Assembly: GCA_963833985.1 (NCBI GenBank)
Contig: CAWIAD010000002.1
Location: forward strand, 4,832,001-4,896,000
Length of the DNA: 64,000 nucleotides
Origin: an uncultured Planctomycetaceae bacterium
GTDB taxonomy: Bacteria; Planctomycetota; Planctomycetia; Isosphaerales; Isosphaeraceae
Direction of reading: 5' to 3'
Below are positions 55,468 through 64,000 of this stretch, piece by piece; the stretch's first letter is position 1, and each line of letters opens with the position of its first letter. A model generated the notes under the pieces. It was not told where the DNA came from. It saw nothing but the letters and a program-made list of their open reading frames with translations, and searched no databases. Both the position numbers and the translations under genes were made by a program.

Positions 55468-57795
55468 ATGAACACCATGATCAACTTGAGGGTCCTCGCC
55501 ATGCTGCGTCTCCCCGGAGCCCTGGCTCGACCAGCCAGCGCGATCGCAGGTCTGATCGTGATTCTTGCTGCCGGCAGTCCGGCACCAGGGGCCGTCACAC
55601 GGGAAGACGTGGAGCATGCCATCCGCGACGGCCTGCGGTTCCTCAAGCAAGAACAGAAGCCCGACGGCTCGTGGGAGGACGCCAGCGCCCAGGCCAAGAC
55701 GGGAACCACCAGCCTGGTCACACTGGCACTTCTGACCGCCGGCGAAAAGCCGGATTCTCCGGCCATCAGCAGGGCGCTGGCGCACCTCCGCCGCTTCGGC
55801 CCGGACGATCTCCGCAGCACCTACGCGATTGCGCTCCAGACGATGGTGTTCCAGACGGCCGATCCCCAGCGCGACCAGCTCCGGATCGCCGCCAACGCGA
55901 GCTGGCTGGAGGCCGCCCAGATCAAACCCGGCCAGCGCGGCAACCCTGGCTGCTGGACCTACACCGAGGTCCCTCAGGGCGGCGACAATTCCAACACCCA
56001 GTACGCCCTGCTCGGCCTCAACGCCGCCAGTGAGGCCGGCGTGCCAGTGAGGCCCGAGGTCTGGGCCCTGGCGCGGCTCTACTGGGAGAAAGCTCAGCGC
56101 AGGGATGGCGGCTGGGGCTACCACTTCGGCGATCCGATCTCGACCTCGAGCATGACCTGCGCCGGCATTTCCAGCCTGGTCATCACCGGTTCGAAACGGT
56201 TCCAGGGATCCGAATACCTCCAGGGCGCCTTGATCCACAATTGCGGCCAGGGCGCCGACAACCCGCGTCTCCGCGCGGCGACCGACTGGCTGGCGGCCAA
56301 CTTCAGCGTCGGCCAGAACTTCCCCATGGGCCAGCAGTGGAAGCACTACTTCCTCTACGGGCTGGAGCGCGCCGGCCGGCTGGGCGGCATCCGCTTCTTC
56401 GGCCAGCACGACTGGTACCGCTCCGGGGCCGAAGAGCTGGTGCGCACCCAGGACCGCCTGTCCGGTTTCTGGAGAGGCGTCACCGAACAGCCGGTGGTCG
56501 CCACCAGCTTCGCGATCCTGTTCCTGGCCAAGGGCCGCGCACCGGTGCTCGTCAACAAGCTGCGCCACGGGCCGCGCGGCGACTGGAACCATGACGCCGA
56601 CGACATCCGCAACCTCGTCTCCATCGTCTCCCGAGACTGGAAAAACCTGCTCACCTGGCAGGTCGTCGATCCCGGCACCGCCTCCGTCGCCGACCTGCTC
56701 CAGGCCCCCATCATCTTCTTCAACGGACACAAGGCCCCCGAACTCAGCCTCCAGGCCAAGCGGAACATCCGCGAGTACGTCGAGCAGGGCGGCTTCCTCG
56801 TCGCCGAAGCCTGCTGCTCCAGCCCCGAGTTCGACGCCGGATTCAAGCAGCTCATCAAGGACAAGGACATGTTCCCCGAGCAGGAGTACAAGCTCCGGCC
56901 CCTCTCCGACGATCACCCGGTCTGGCGTGCCAAGCACCTGCTGACTCCCGGCGCTTACCCCCTCTGGGGCATCGAACACGGCTGCCGCACCGTCGTGATC
57001 TATTCCCCCAAAGACCTCTCCTGCTACTGGAACCAGGCCGAGCACAGCCCCACCAACACCGCCGTCATCCTCGCCACCCGCGTCGGACAGAACATCGTCG
57101 ACTACGCCACCGGCCGCGAACTCCCCGCCGACAAGCTCGTCGTCCGAGAAGTCCACGACTTCAAGGCCGACAGCGCCAAACGCGGCGCCCTGCGCATCGC
57201 CAAGCTCCAGCACGCCGGCCAGTGGAACGTCGCTCCACTCGCCGTCCCCAACCTCATGGAGGCCCTCCGCAAACCACCCCTCTCCTTCGACGTGGTCATC
57301 AACCACAAGGAACTCTCACCCCGCGACCCCAACCTCCTTTACTACCCCCTGATCTACCTCCACGGCCGCGCCAGCTTCTCCTTCACTCGCGAGGACCTCG
57401 ACGCTCTACGCAGACACCTGGAACCCGGCGGAGGAACCATCTTCGGCGACGCCGCCTGCGGCAGCCCCCCCTTCGACGCCGCCTTCCGACGCTTCGTCAC
57501 CGAACTCTTGCCCAACAACCCGCTGGTCCCCATCCCCCGCGACGACGAACTCTACTCCGCCACCAAGGTCGGCTTCGACCTCTCCGACTGCCAGTACACG
57601 CGCGCCGCAGGCGGTGGCAAGGACTATCCCCAACTCGAAGGCGTCAAGATCAACGGACACTGGGCCATCATCTACTCCAAGTACGACATCGGCTGTGCAC
57701 TCGAACGACACTCCGGGCTCGACTGCAAGGGTTACAACTACGAGTCCGCTCTCAAAATCGCCGCCAATATCGTCATCTATTCCACCTTGCCGTGA
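55468..57795 (+). CDS. Prenyltransferase/squalene-oxidase-repeat + tandem DUF4159 protein, copy 2 (intact)
   Basis: Paralog of 53150..55464; 775-aa uninterrupted ORF. Confidence 0.88.
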   Translation: MNTMINLRVLAMLRLPGALARPASAIAGLIVILAAGSPAPGAVTREDVEHAIRDGLRFLKQEQKPDGSWEDASAQAKTGTTSLVTLALLTAGEKPDSPAISRALAHLRRFGPDDLRSTYAIALQTMVFQTADPQRDQLRIAANASWLEAAQIKPGQRGNPGCWTYTEVPQGGDNSNTQYALLGLNAASEAGVPVRPEVWALARLYWEKAQRRDGGWGYHFGDPISTSSMTCAGISSLVITGSKRFQGSEYLQGALIHNCGQGADNPRLRAATDWLAANFSVGQNFPMGQQWKHYFLYGLERAGRLGGIRFFGQHDWYRSGAEELVRTQDRLSGFWRGVTEQPVVATSFAILFLAKGRAPVLVNKLRHGPRGDWNHDADDIRNLVSIVSRDWKNLLTWQVVDPGTASVADLLQAPIIFFNGHKAPELSLQAKRNIREYVEQGGFLVAEACCSSPEFDAGFKQLIKDKDMFPEQEYKLRPLSDDHPVWRAKHLLTPGAYPLWGIEHGCRTVVIYSPKDLSCYWNQAEHSPTNTAVILATRVGQNIVDYATGRELPADKLVVREVHDFKADSAKRGALRIAKLQHAGQWNVAPLAVPNLMEALRKPPLSFDVVINHKELSPRDPNLLYYPLIYLHGRASFSFTREDLDALRRHLEPGGGTIFGDAACGSPPFDAAFRRFVTELLPNNPLVPIPRDDELYSATKVGFDLSDCQYTRAAGGGKDYPQLEGVKINGHWAIIYSKYDIGCALERHSGLDCKGYNYESALKIAANIVIYSTLP
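56500..57795 (+). repeat. ~1.3 kb direct repeat, copy B
   Basis: Starts gccaccagcttcgcgatcctg and ends at the TGA stop, as in copy A. Confidence 0.92.
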
Positions 57796-58107
57796 ACAAT
57801 CAAGTAAAAGTTCAAGTGTGCCGCACTCGCGCCGGCCGGCCGTTCGGGCCGGTCTACTGTCTTCGTTCGGTCGTAACCGGCCTCCGGAGAGAAGGCGGCC
57901 ACACAATCCCTTTCGCCCTCGCTGCTCTCCTTATTTCTCTAGTTTAACAAGGTTTTCACAGGATCAAGAAAGAACCGCAATACAGACGAGCACATTTGCT
58001 TGTGAAATGGCAATGAGCTTGATACCTTTAATAAGCTCCTCTCCATGGGCTCACCCCAGTCAATCTGTTGGGTACGGCCATTTCTCACCACCAGGAGCTT
58101 CTCCGTG

Positions 58108-58674
58108 ATGAAGTCGACCAAGCAGTTCGCGCTCGCGGCCGCCTTGCTCACTCTGGTTTGCGGCCTTGGAACAGAGGCAACGGCGGGCAGCATGGTTTAC
58201 CAGCTCGTCAATGACCCGATCGACCAGAACGGATATACCCTCTCAGGAACGATTACCACGGATGGAGTCTTCGGACCGATCGGAGTCAGCGACATCGAGG
58301 CGTGGACCTTCACCCTTTCCGGTCATGGCCTCACGGACACCTACTCCAGCACCGATCCGAACGCCGTCACGGTCATTCACAAGGCCATCGCAACACCGAC
58401 CTCCATCATCGTCTCCGGCGATACATCGCTTTCTGTTCTGGGCGTCGGCGCGGGTATTTTCTGGCTGCCGGAAAGCGAACGCTACACGGGTTTCATCGCC
58501 GACATCACGGCATGGATCGCGCAGCCGCCAGGTGGCTATCCGGACCACACATGGACGATCGCGACCGCGAAGATCCCAGAGCCCCCAGCGCTGGCTCTGG
58601 GAGGGATTGCGGGCCTCTGCTGCGGTGCGTATCGCCTGGTTCGCATGAAGAACCCGCGCACGGCAAGGGTGTGA
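58108..58674 (+). CDS. PEP-CTERM-like sorting-domain protein
   Basis: AGGAG RBS, signal peptide, C-terminal IPEPPALALGGIAGLCCGAYRLVRMK. Confidence 0.8.
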   Translation: MKSTKQFALAAALLTLVCGLGTEATAGSMVYQLVNDPIDQNGYTLSGTITTDGVFGPIGVSDIEAWTFTLSGHGLTDTYSSTDPNAVTVIHKAIATPTSIIVSGDTSLSVLGVGAGIFWLPESERYTGFIADITAWIAQPPGGYPDHTWTIATAKIPEPPALALGGIAGLCCGAYRLVRMKNPRTARV

Positions 58675-58767
58675 TTGGCGTGCGGTCTCCGTGATCGCTG
58701 AGCCGCCACCCGGCTTTGACCGATCGCGCGGGTCAGGTCCATACAACCTGTTGCGGCCTGCCCAGAA

Positions 58768-60189
58768 TCACCTTCCAGCACGATGGTCTTCTCCGGCTCC
58801 TCCATCCCTCGTTCTGTCGACCCAGGCGATGTATGCGGCAGAATGAAACTTCCGCCGCGTGCTCTCATAGCTCATGAACCGCACCGTTCCGAAAATCGGT
58901 CGTTCGGGCCAGGGGCGGTCGTGCTTGCCGCCGATGGCCCAGGCCACGCCGGTGTAGCCGTTCGGATCGCGGCCGTCCATCTCGTAGCGGTCGTTCAGAT
59001 CGATGGCGATGCGAAATGCCGTGTCGGCGTCGGGCGACCATTCGAGGATCTTCTTGGCCCAGTACATCCGTAAGTAATTGTGCATGCGCCCCGTGAAGAC
59101 CATCTCGTTCTGGGCGGCGTTCCAGAGCGGGTCGTGGGTGTTGCCGCTTTCCAGCTCCTCCGGGGTGTAGAGGACGGGCCGAGGGTCGGCCGCGTGCTTC
59201 GCAAGGGTCGCAAGGGCCCATTCGGGACAGCCGGAGAGCCGGTCGTAGTCCGGGTTGCGCACCACGAAATTGACGGCCAGCTCGCGCCTTATGATCAGCT
59301 CCTCGAGCAGCGAATCGATATTCGCGCCGGCTGCTTCATGCTCCTTCGCCGCCAGGGCGATGGTCAGCGGGCTGATGTGGCCGAAGTGGAGATGCGCGGA
59401 GAGCTCGGTGGTCGCGTAAGGCGTCGGCTCGTTGCGATCGCGCGCGTAGTGGTCCAGGCGCTCACGAAGAAACCGTTCCAGCCGGCGGCGAGCTTCACGC
59501 GCCCCGCCGCGATAGCCCGGTACCTCGGCCACCCCGCCATCTCCGAGCCTGGCCATCAGCGGCTCCACGTCGATGGCCTCACCGGCAGGCAGGAGACCGT
59601 CCCAGGCGATACTGGCGTGCGGGCTGGGAAGCGGCTTGAGGTAATCGTGCCAGACTCGATGCATCTTGGGCCGGAGCGTCCTGGCGGCGAACTCTTCCTT
59701 GGGGAAGAGCGCGGAAGGCACGACCACGTCGGCGTCCACCAGGTGGAACGGCACGCTCAGCCTTTCCGCGACCTGCGCACGCCACTTCTGTCCCACCCGC
59801 ACCGGGTTCTCATCGCCGACGACCAGCGAGGCGCCGACCTCGGCCGCGAGCGCCGGGACCACATCACCGGGAGCACCCAGCCGGACGATCAGCGGCACGC
59901 CTCTGGCCGCCAGGTCCCGCTCGGCGTCGACGAGCCCTTCCACCAGGAATCGGTAGTGCCTGCGCTGGGCATCCGGATAGTCGGCCGTCAGGCTGAAGAC
60001 GGCGAGCACGGGTTGACGCGCGGCATTGCCCACCGCGATCGCCATGTTCAGAGCGGGGTTATCAACTCCGCGTTGCGCACGCTGCATCCAGTAAAGAACG
60101 CACTTCCCTTGATCATCGGGCAGGCCCGGACGAAGGCTCCGGACACGCGGATGCGGGGCCAGCAGTTTGGCAAGCGACTTGTCGTTCAC
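58768..60189 (-). CDS. phr: Deoxyribodipyrimidine photolyase, class II CPD type
   Basis: VLYWMQRAQR..DNPAL, LSAHLHFGHIS, THDPLWNAAQ, GRMHNYLRMYWAKKILEW, DGRDPNGY. Confidence 0.93.
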   Translation of the reverse strand: MNDKSLAKLLAPHPRVRSLRPGLPDDQGKCVLYWMQRAQRGVDNPALNMAIAVGNAARQPVLAVFSLTADYPDAQRRHYRFLVEGLVDAERDLAARGVPLIVRLGAPGDVVPALAAEVGASLVVGDENPVRVGQKWRAQVAERLSVPFHLVDADVVVPSALFPKEEFAARTLRPKMHRVWHDYLKPLPSPHASIAWDGLLPAGEAIDVEPLMARLGDGGVAEVPGYRGGAREARRRLERFLRERLDHYARDRNEPTPYATTELSAHLHFGHISPLTIALAAKEHEAAGANIDSLLEELIIRRELAVNFVVRNPDYDRLSGCPEWALATLAKHAADPRPVLYTPEELESGNTHDPLWNAAQNEMVFTGRMHNYLRMYWAKKILEWSPDADTAFRIAIDLNDRYEMDGRDPNGYTGVAWAIGGKHDRPWPERPIFGTVRFMSYESTRRKFHSAAYIAWVDRTRDGGAGEDHRAGR

Positions 60190-60869
60190 GCGAACCTCAA
60201 CCGGCCACGACCAATGCTGGCTGATGATGGACTTCTTGATATCCAGTGTCTAGATTAGGCGCTTCGCACTTGCTGGCAAGCCGGCGCAGCCATTTGATCA
60301 CTGCTGGCCGCATCGTGAGAACTAATCACGATCCAGGCCATTTCATACATCCAATCCCCGCGATCCCGAGCCCTATCAGGCCTTGAGTCAGTGGCACCAG
60401 GGCCGTGTTTACCGCTCCATCCTGGTCGAGGCGACACGCACGTCCATTCCCGACTTGACCTCGTCAGCCCTCAAGGTCGCCGTATTAGGAAGCTCGCATG
60501 CTTTAATTGACGATTCAAAGCCTTCGTGCGATGGCAGTTCGTGTTGTTTTTTTGCTTCACTATCTCGTTCAATACGGCTTGCTTTCTATACTCGTGAATG
60601 CGCGATTTCTTCCAGTTTATTTGGAATTACTGAGCGAGTTCACGAACGACAGATCTCTGGAGGCGTCACTCCTTAAACCTCTGGTATGATGCTTCGAGAT
60701 CGCGGTCAAGTGCGTCAAAAACAGATACATTGTCACTCCACACCGCCCACCATGCGCATACCCAGCTTCAGGCCCACACATGATCTCGCCATGGCAATAG
60801 CAATGGAGACTCCGGCCAAAGACTGCTCGGCAGTTCACGAAGAGGCTGCTCGATATCACCCTATCCGGG

Positions 60870-61439
60870 TTGACATTGCTCGCAATGGCTCCCGTGATGC
60901 TATTTATTGCATTGGCCATTCGACTGGAATCACCCGGACCCGTGCTTTTTCATCAGATTCGACTAGGTAAGGGCGCACATACTTTCACAATTTTCAAGTT
61001 CCGGACAATGGTCCGGGACTCCGAGAAACTTCTTGAAGAGTTGCACTCGCGTAGCGCGACTGAGCCAGTCGCTTTTTTCAGGATCAAGGACGATCCTCGA
61101 ATCACGCGGGTAGGTTGGTTCCTGAGACGGACCAGCCTCGACGAATTACCACAATTGATCAACATCTTGCACGGTGAAATGAGCCTGGTTGGGCCGCGGC
61201 CCCTGCAGGTGAGGGACTGCAAGGCGCTCGCGGCTCTTGACCCAGTGGCACACGACTGTCGTCTTTCTGTCTTTCCGGGTCTGACGGGGCTGGCGCAGGT
61301 CTCGGGGCGCCGCGACCTCTCGTTCAATTCTATGGTCGAGCTGGATTCCCGATATGCGCGAGGCTGGTCACTGACCCTCGACATCGAAATCCTGTTTCGT
61401 ACGATCATAGTCGTGATGGCCGGTAAGGGTGCCTATTGA
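60870..61439 (+). CDS. Sugar transferase (priming polyprenyl-phosphate glycosylphosphotransferase domain)
   Basis: KFRTM, DPRITRVGWFLRRTSLDELPQL.N...GEMSLVGPRP, PGLTGLAQVSGR. In-frame KRLLD lies upstream of 60870, so the true start is probably ~60791-60803 via a frameshift. Confidence 0.9.
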   Translation: MTLLAMAPVMLFIALAIRLESPGPVLFHQIRLGKGAHTFTIFKFRTMVRDSEKLLEELHSRSATEPVAFFRIKDDPRITRVGWFLRRTSLDELPQLINILHGEMSLVGPRPLQVRDCKALAALDPVAHDCRLSVFPGLTGLAQVSGRRDLSFNSMVELDSRYARGWSLTLDIEILFRTIIVVMAGKGAY

Positions 61440-62449
61440 GCGAGCTAAGCGTCCAAGATCGATACCAGCAATCTCCGTCGCCTTACATCGGCGGGAGCCG
61501 ACCTATGCAGAGACGTCCCGCACTTCTGACCATCGATCTGGAGGACTATCGCAGACAGGAACTGAGAGATCATCGATGCGGCAACGAGCCAGCACATCCG
61601 CTTGAGGTGGAGCGCCAGCTCGAGGTGTTGCTGCAAATCCTGGACTCGATCAACACGCGGGCAACGTTTTTGGTTGTCGGTCGTCTGGCGAAGGAGCTTG
61701 CGCCCAGTATCTGGTGCGAGATGGTTAACCGTCACTTGATCGGATGTCATGGACACGAGCACCTCAGTGTAAGAAAGCTCGGGCCTAGACGTTTCGCTCG
61801 CGACCTTCAGAACGCGAAGTCAGTCCTTGAAGACTCGGCTGGTCGGGCCATCGTGACTTATCGCGCGCCTTACTTCGACGCCGACACGTGTGATCCCTGG
61901 TTCGGCGAGATTCTGGCGCGAATGGGCTTTACTATTGACAGCTCGCGAAGACTGCGACCACAGCAAGGCAACTTTACGGGAAGCTATTCGCTACCGGGCA
62001 GTGCCGGGAGGGTCCAGGAAGTTCCCCTGGCATCGATCGGCTCAGGCCGGAAGCGTCTGACGGTGATTGGAGGAACCTACTTTCGTCTCCTGCCTCTGCC
62101 CTTGATCGTCTCATTAATGGAATGGGCAAACTCCAGGCAGTTCAACACACTTGTTTATATTCACCCTTATGATTTTGATTCTCAAGCGCTTCCGCTCGAT
62201 TTCGGTTCGGTTGGTCACTTGTGGCCGCGACTGGGCGACCACGTCCGCAGGATCGGCCGCTCGACAACTGGTCAGAAGTTAAGAGCTCTTGCCCAGATTT
62301 ACGATTTTCAGCCGATCGAGTCGTTATTCCATCCGGAAGGTCCCGTGGTAACGGCGTCTGGCGAGACAACCGGGGGTAGCGGGGGTGGGTATTCTCAGCC
62401 CCATGGAACTCGCATGCAGAACTCCGGGACACCTGGGTTGATGGCTTAA
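61436..62449 (+). CDS. Polysaccharide deacetylase (DUF3473 / exosortase-system type)
   Basis: TIDLEDY, ATFLVVG, CHGHEH, YRAP, GGTYFRLLP, YIHPYDFD; start may be ATG 61505. Confidence 0.88.
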   Translation: MSELSVQDRYQQSPSPYIGGSRPMQRRPALLTIDLEDYRRQELRDHRCGNEPAHPLEVERQLEVLLQILDSINTRATFLVVGRLAKELAPSIWCEMVNRHLIGCHGHEHLSVRKLGPRRFARDLQNAKSVLEDSAGRAIVTYRAPYFDADTCDPWFGEILARMGFTIDSSRRLRPQQGNFTGSYSLPGSAGRVQEVPLASIGSGRKRLTVIGGTYFRLLPLPLIVSLMEWANSRQFNTLVYIHPYDFDSQALPLDFGSVGHLWPRLGDHVRRIGRSTTGQKLRALAQIYDFQPIESLFHPEGPVVTASGETTGGSGGGYSQPHGTRMQNSGTPGLMA

Positions 62450-62485
62450 CAGCATTGTTCGGGTGGAGTGAAGAAGTAGAAACCG

Positions 62486-63307
62486 ATGAGCGAAATCGTC
62501 GCGGCCACGCCAGTGACTGGGTCTTCGGTGTCCGCAAGAGTCTCCCCTTGCTGGATCTGGTCTGTTCCGTTCTACCCGCTCAAGTATTCTCAGGTCATCG
62601 ACCTAGTTGACCGTCTCATCGCGCGCGGCCATCCGAACTACTTCATCACTGCCAACCTCAATTTTGTGATGATCTCGCACCAGATGAAGACACTGCAGGT
62701 CATCAGCCGAGGCGCTGCTTTCGTGATCGCCGACGGCATTACCCTTGTTTGGGCCTCCCGCTGGAAGGGGACTCCCTTGCCGGAACGCGTGACCGGAGCG
62801 GATCTCATCTACGGTCTCTCCGAGTTGGCCGCCCGCCGTGGCTATCGCGTATTTCTCCTCGGAGCACGCCCTTCGGTTGCAGAGGATGCAGCACGCAAGC
62901 TCATCGCACTGTATCCGTGCTTGCGGATCGTGGGAGTGGAATCGCCCCCTTTCCGCGAATTGCTTGAGGAAGAGACCGAGGCGCTGAGAAGTCGGATCCG
63001 CCAGGCGAGGCCAGATATCCTTTTCGTCTCATTCGGCCAGCCCAAGGGTGACCTGTGGATTGCTGAGAACTTCGCCAGCCTTGGGGTACCCATTAGCGTG
63101 CAGGTCGGCGCGGCGATCGATTTCGCGGCTGGCCGTGTCCGACGGGCACCCCGGTGGGTGCAGAGAATCCACATGGAAACACCCTTTCGCATCTTTCAAG
63201 AGCCTTACCGTTTGACTCCACGCTATGTAAGAAACGCCTTGTTCCTGGCGCGGATGGTCGTGTCTGACCTGTGGAAAGTACTGGTCTGCCAGCGAGCACG
63301 GTGCTGA
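62486..63307 (+). CDS. WecB/TagA/CpsF family glycosyltransferase
   Basis: TANL, ADG, PERVTGADL, FVSFGQPKG..W, VGAAIDF.AG...RAPRW. Confidence 0.92.
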   Translation: MSEIVAATPVTGSSVSARVSPCWIWSVPFYPLKYSQVIDLVDRLIARGHPNYFITANLNFVMISHQMKTLQVISRGAAFVIADGITLVWASRWKGTPLPERVTGADLIYGLSELAARRGYRVFLLGARPSVAEDAARKLIALYPCLRIVGVESPPFRELLEEETEALRSRIRQARPDILFVSFGQPKGDLWIAENFASLGVPISVQVGAAIDFAAGRVRRAPRWVQRIHMETPFRIFQEPYRLTPRYVRNALFLARMVVSDLWKVLVCQRARC

Positions 63308-63406
63308 TTCGTCGGATTCTGGAAGTCGCCCGGGAGTAGTCAGTTTGTACTGATCTTCAGGGAGCAAGCATCTGGCGTATGCTCAAGGTACTCGGGGAAC
63401 CGTCGC

Positions 63407-64000
63407 ATGTGGAATCCACACCCACTGCTCATGAGGGTATTCCGGAAAGCTCGGAAGCGCTGGCGACGGGACCGGCTACGAGCGCTGCTCAGATCGGTTC
63501 AGCTACCAGAGAGTGCGAGGATCGTCGATCTCGGCGGAACCGTGGATCTATGGCGGCTAATTGACCATGACTTTCGTGTAACGCTCGTCAACTTACCTGG
63601 TGTCAGTTCGCCCGTCTCCGGCACCGATCGATTCACTCTCGTGCAAGCGGATTGCTGCGAACTGGGGCAGATCTTCCCGGATTTCGGCTTCGATCTTTCC
63701 TTCAGTAACGCGACGATCGAGCACGTTGGCGACGAGTCTCGCCAGGCCCGCTTCGCGGCGGAGGTCCGCCGTCTTGCCCCGGCCTACTGGGTAGAGACGC
63801 CAAGCATTCTCTGTCCAATTGAATGTCATACAGGTATCCCGTTCTTCTGGTACTTGCCTGTTTCGGTGCGTGACGGCATCTTAAAGAGCTGGAATGATCG
63901 CTACCCGAGTTGGGTCCAATGGCTCAGGGAGACTCGAGTCCTCTCCCGAGAGCGGATGAAACAACTCTTTCCCGGTAGCCAGATTCATGTTGAACGAGTG
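63407..64000 (+). CDS. Class I SAM-dependent methyltransferase (runs off the window)
   Basis: Manual translation from ATG 63407: RIVDLGGT...QADCC...FDLSFSNATIEHVG...FAAEVRRLAPAYWVETP..PIECHT; open to the window end. Confidence 0.85.
   Translation, partial: MWNPHPLLMRVFRKARKRWRRDRLRALLRSVQLPESARIVDLGGTVDLWRLIDHDFRVTLVNLPGVSSPVSGTDRFTLVQADCCELGQIFPDFGFDLSFSNATIEHVGDESRQARFAAEVRRLAPAYWVETPSILCPIECHTGIPFFWYLPVSVRDGILKSWNDRYPSWVQWLRETRVLSRERMKQLFPGSQIHVERV

Noticed and set aside
53150..57795. Diversity-generating retroelement TR/VR interpretation of the duplicate
   Set aside because: No reverse transcriptase in the window, and the copies are nearly identical rather than differing at adenines
58008..58023. 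Possible sigma54 promoter (TGGCAA-N5-TTGA) before the PEP-CTERM gene
   Set aside because: The invariant -12 GC is GA here, and there is no equivalent before the other PEP-CTERM gene

Overview
GC-rich planctomycete DNA; the 16S and gene content suggest Isosphaeraceae (inference, no database search run). Layout: (1) 1-19 kb, an exosortase/PEP-CTERM exopolysaccharide island with polysaccharide deacetylase, SGNH + beta-helix fusion, TPR-sulfotransferase, exosortase, Wzc-like kinase, EpsI, wecB, a giant TPR protein and a PEP-CTERM protein. (2) 19.1-25.6 kb, a complete minus-strand rRNA operon (16S-23S-5S) whose ~1.2 kb 16S-23S spacer has no recognisable tRNA but carries an intact, co-oriented BrnT/BrnA-like toxin-antitoxin pair; this is the most striking observation. 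(3) 25.6-43 kb, housekeeping and carbohydrate genes (pfk, accC, accB, Xaa-Pro peptidase, DUF1080, TPM, an LSm-like protein, GH2, GH43, SDR, PPC-domain protein). (4) 43-58 kb, a MoxR-DUF58-BatA-GATase cluster interrupted by a Uma2 nuclease and an IS1380 remnant, plus tandem DUF4159 genes sharing a near-identical 1.3 kb 3' half. (5) 58-64 kb, a second PEP-CTERM protein, a class II photolyase and the start of a second EPS operon. About eight single-base frameshifts, mostly in short C/G runs, look like long-read assembly errors rather than biology.
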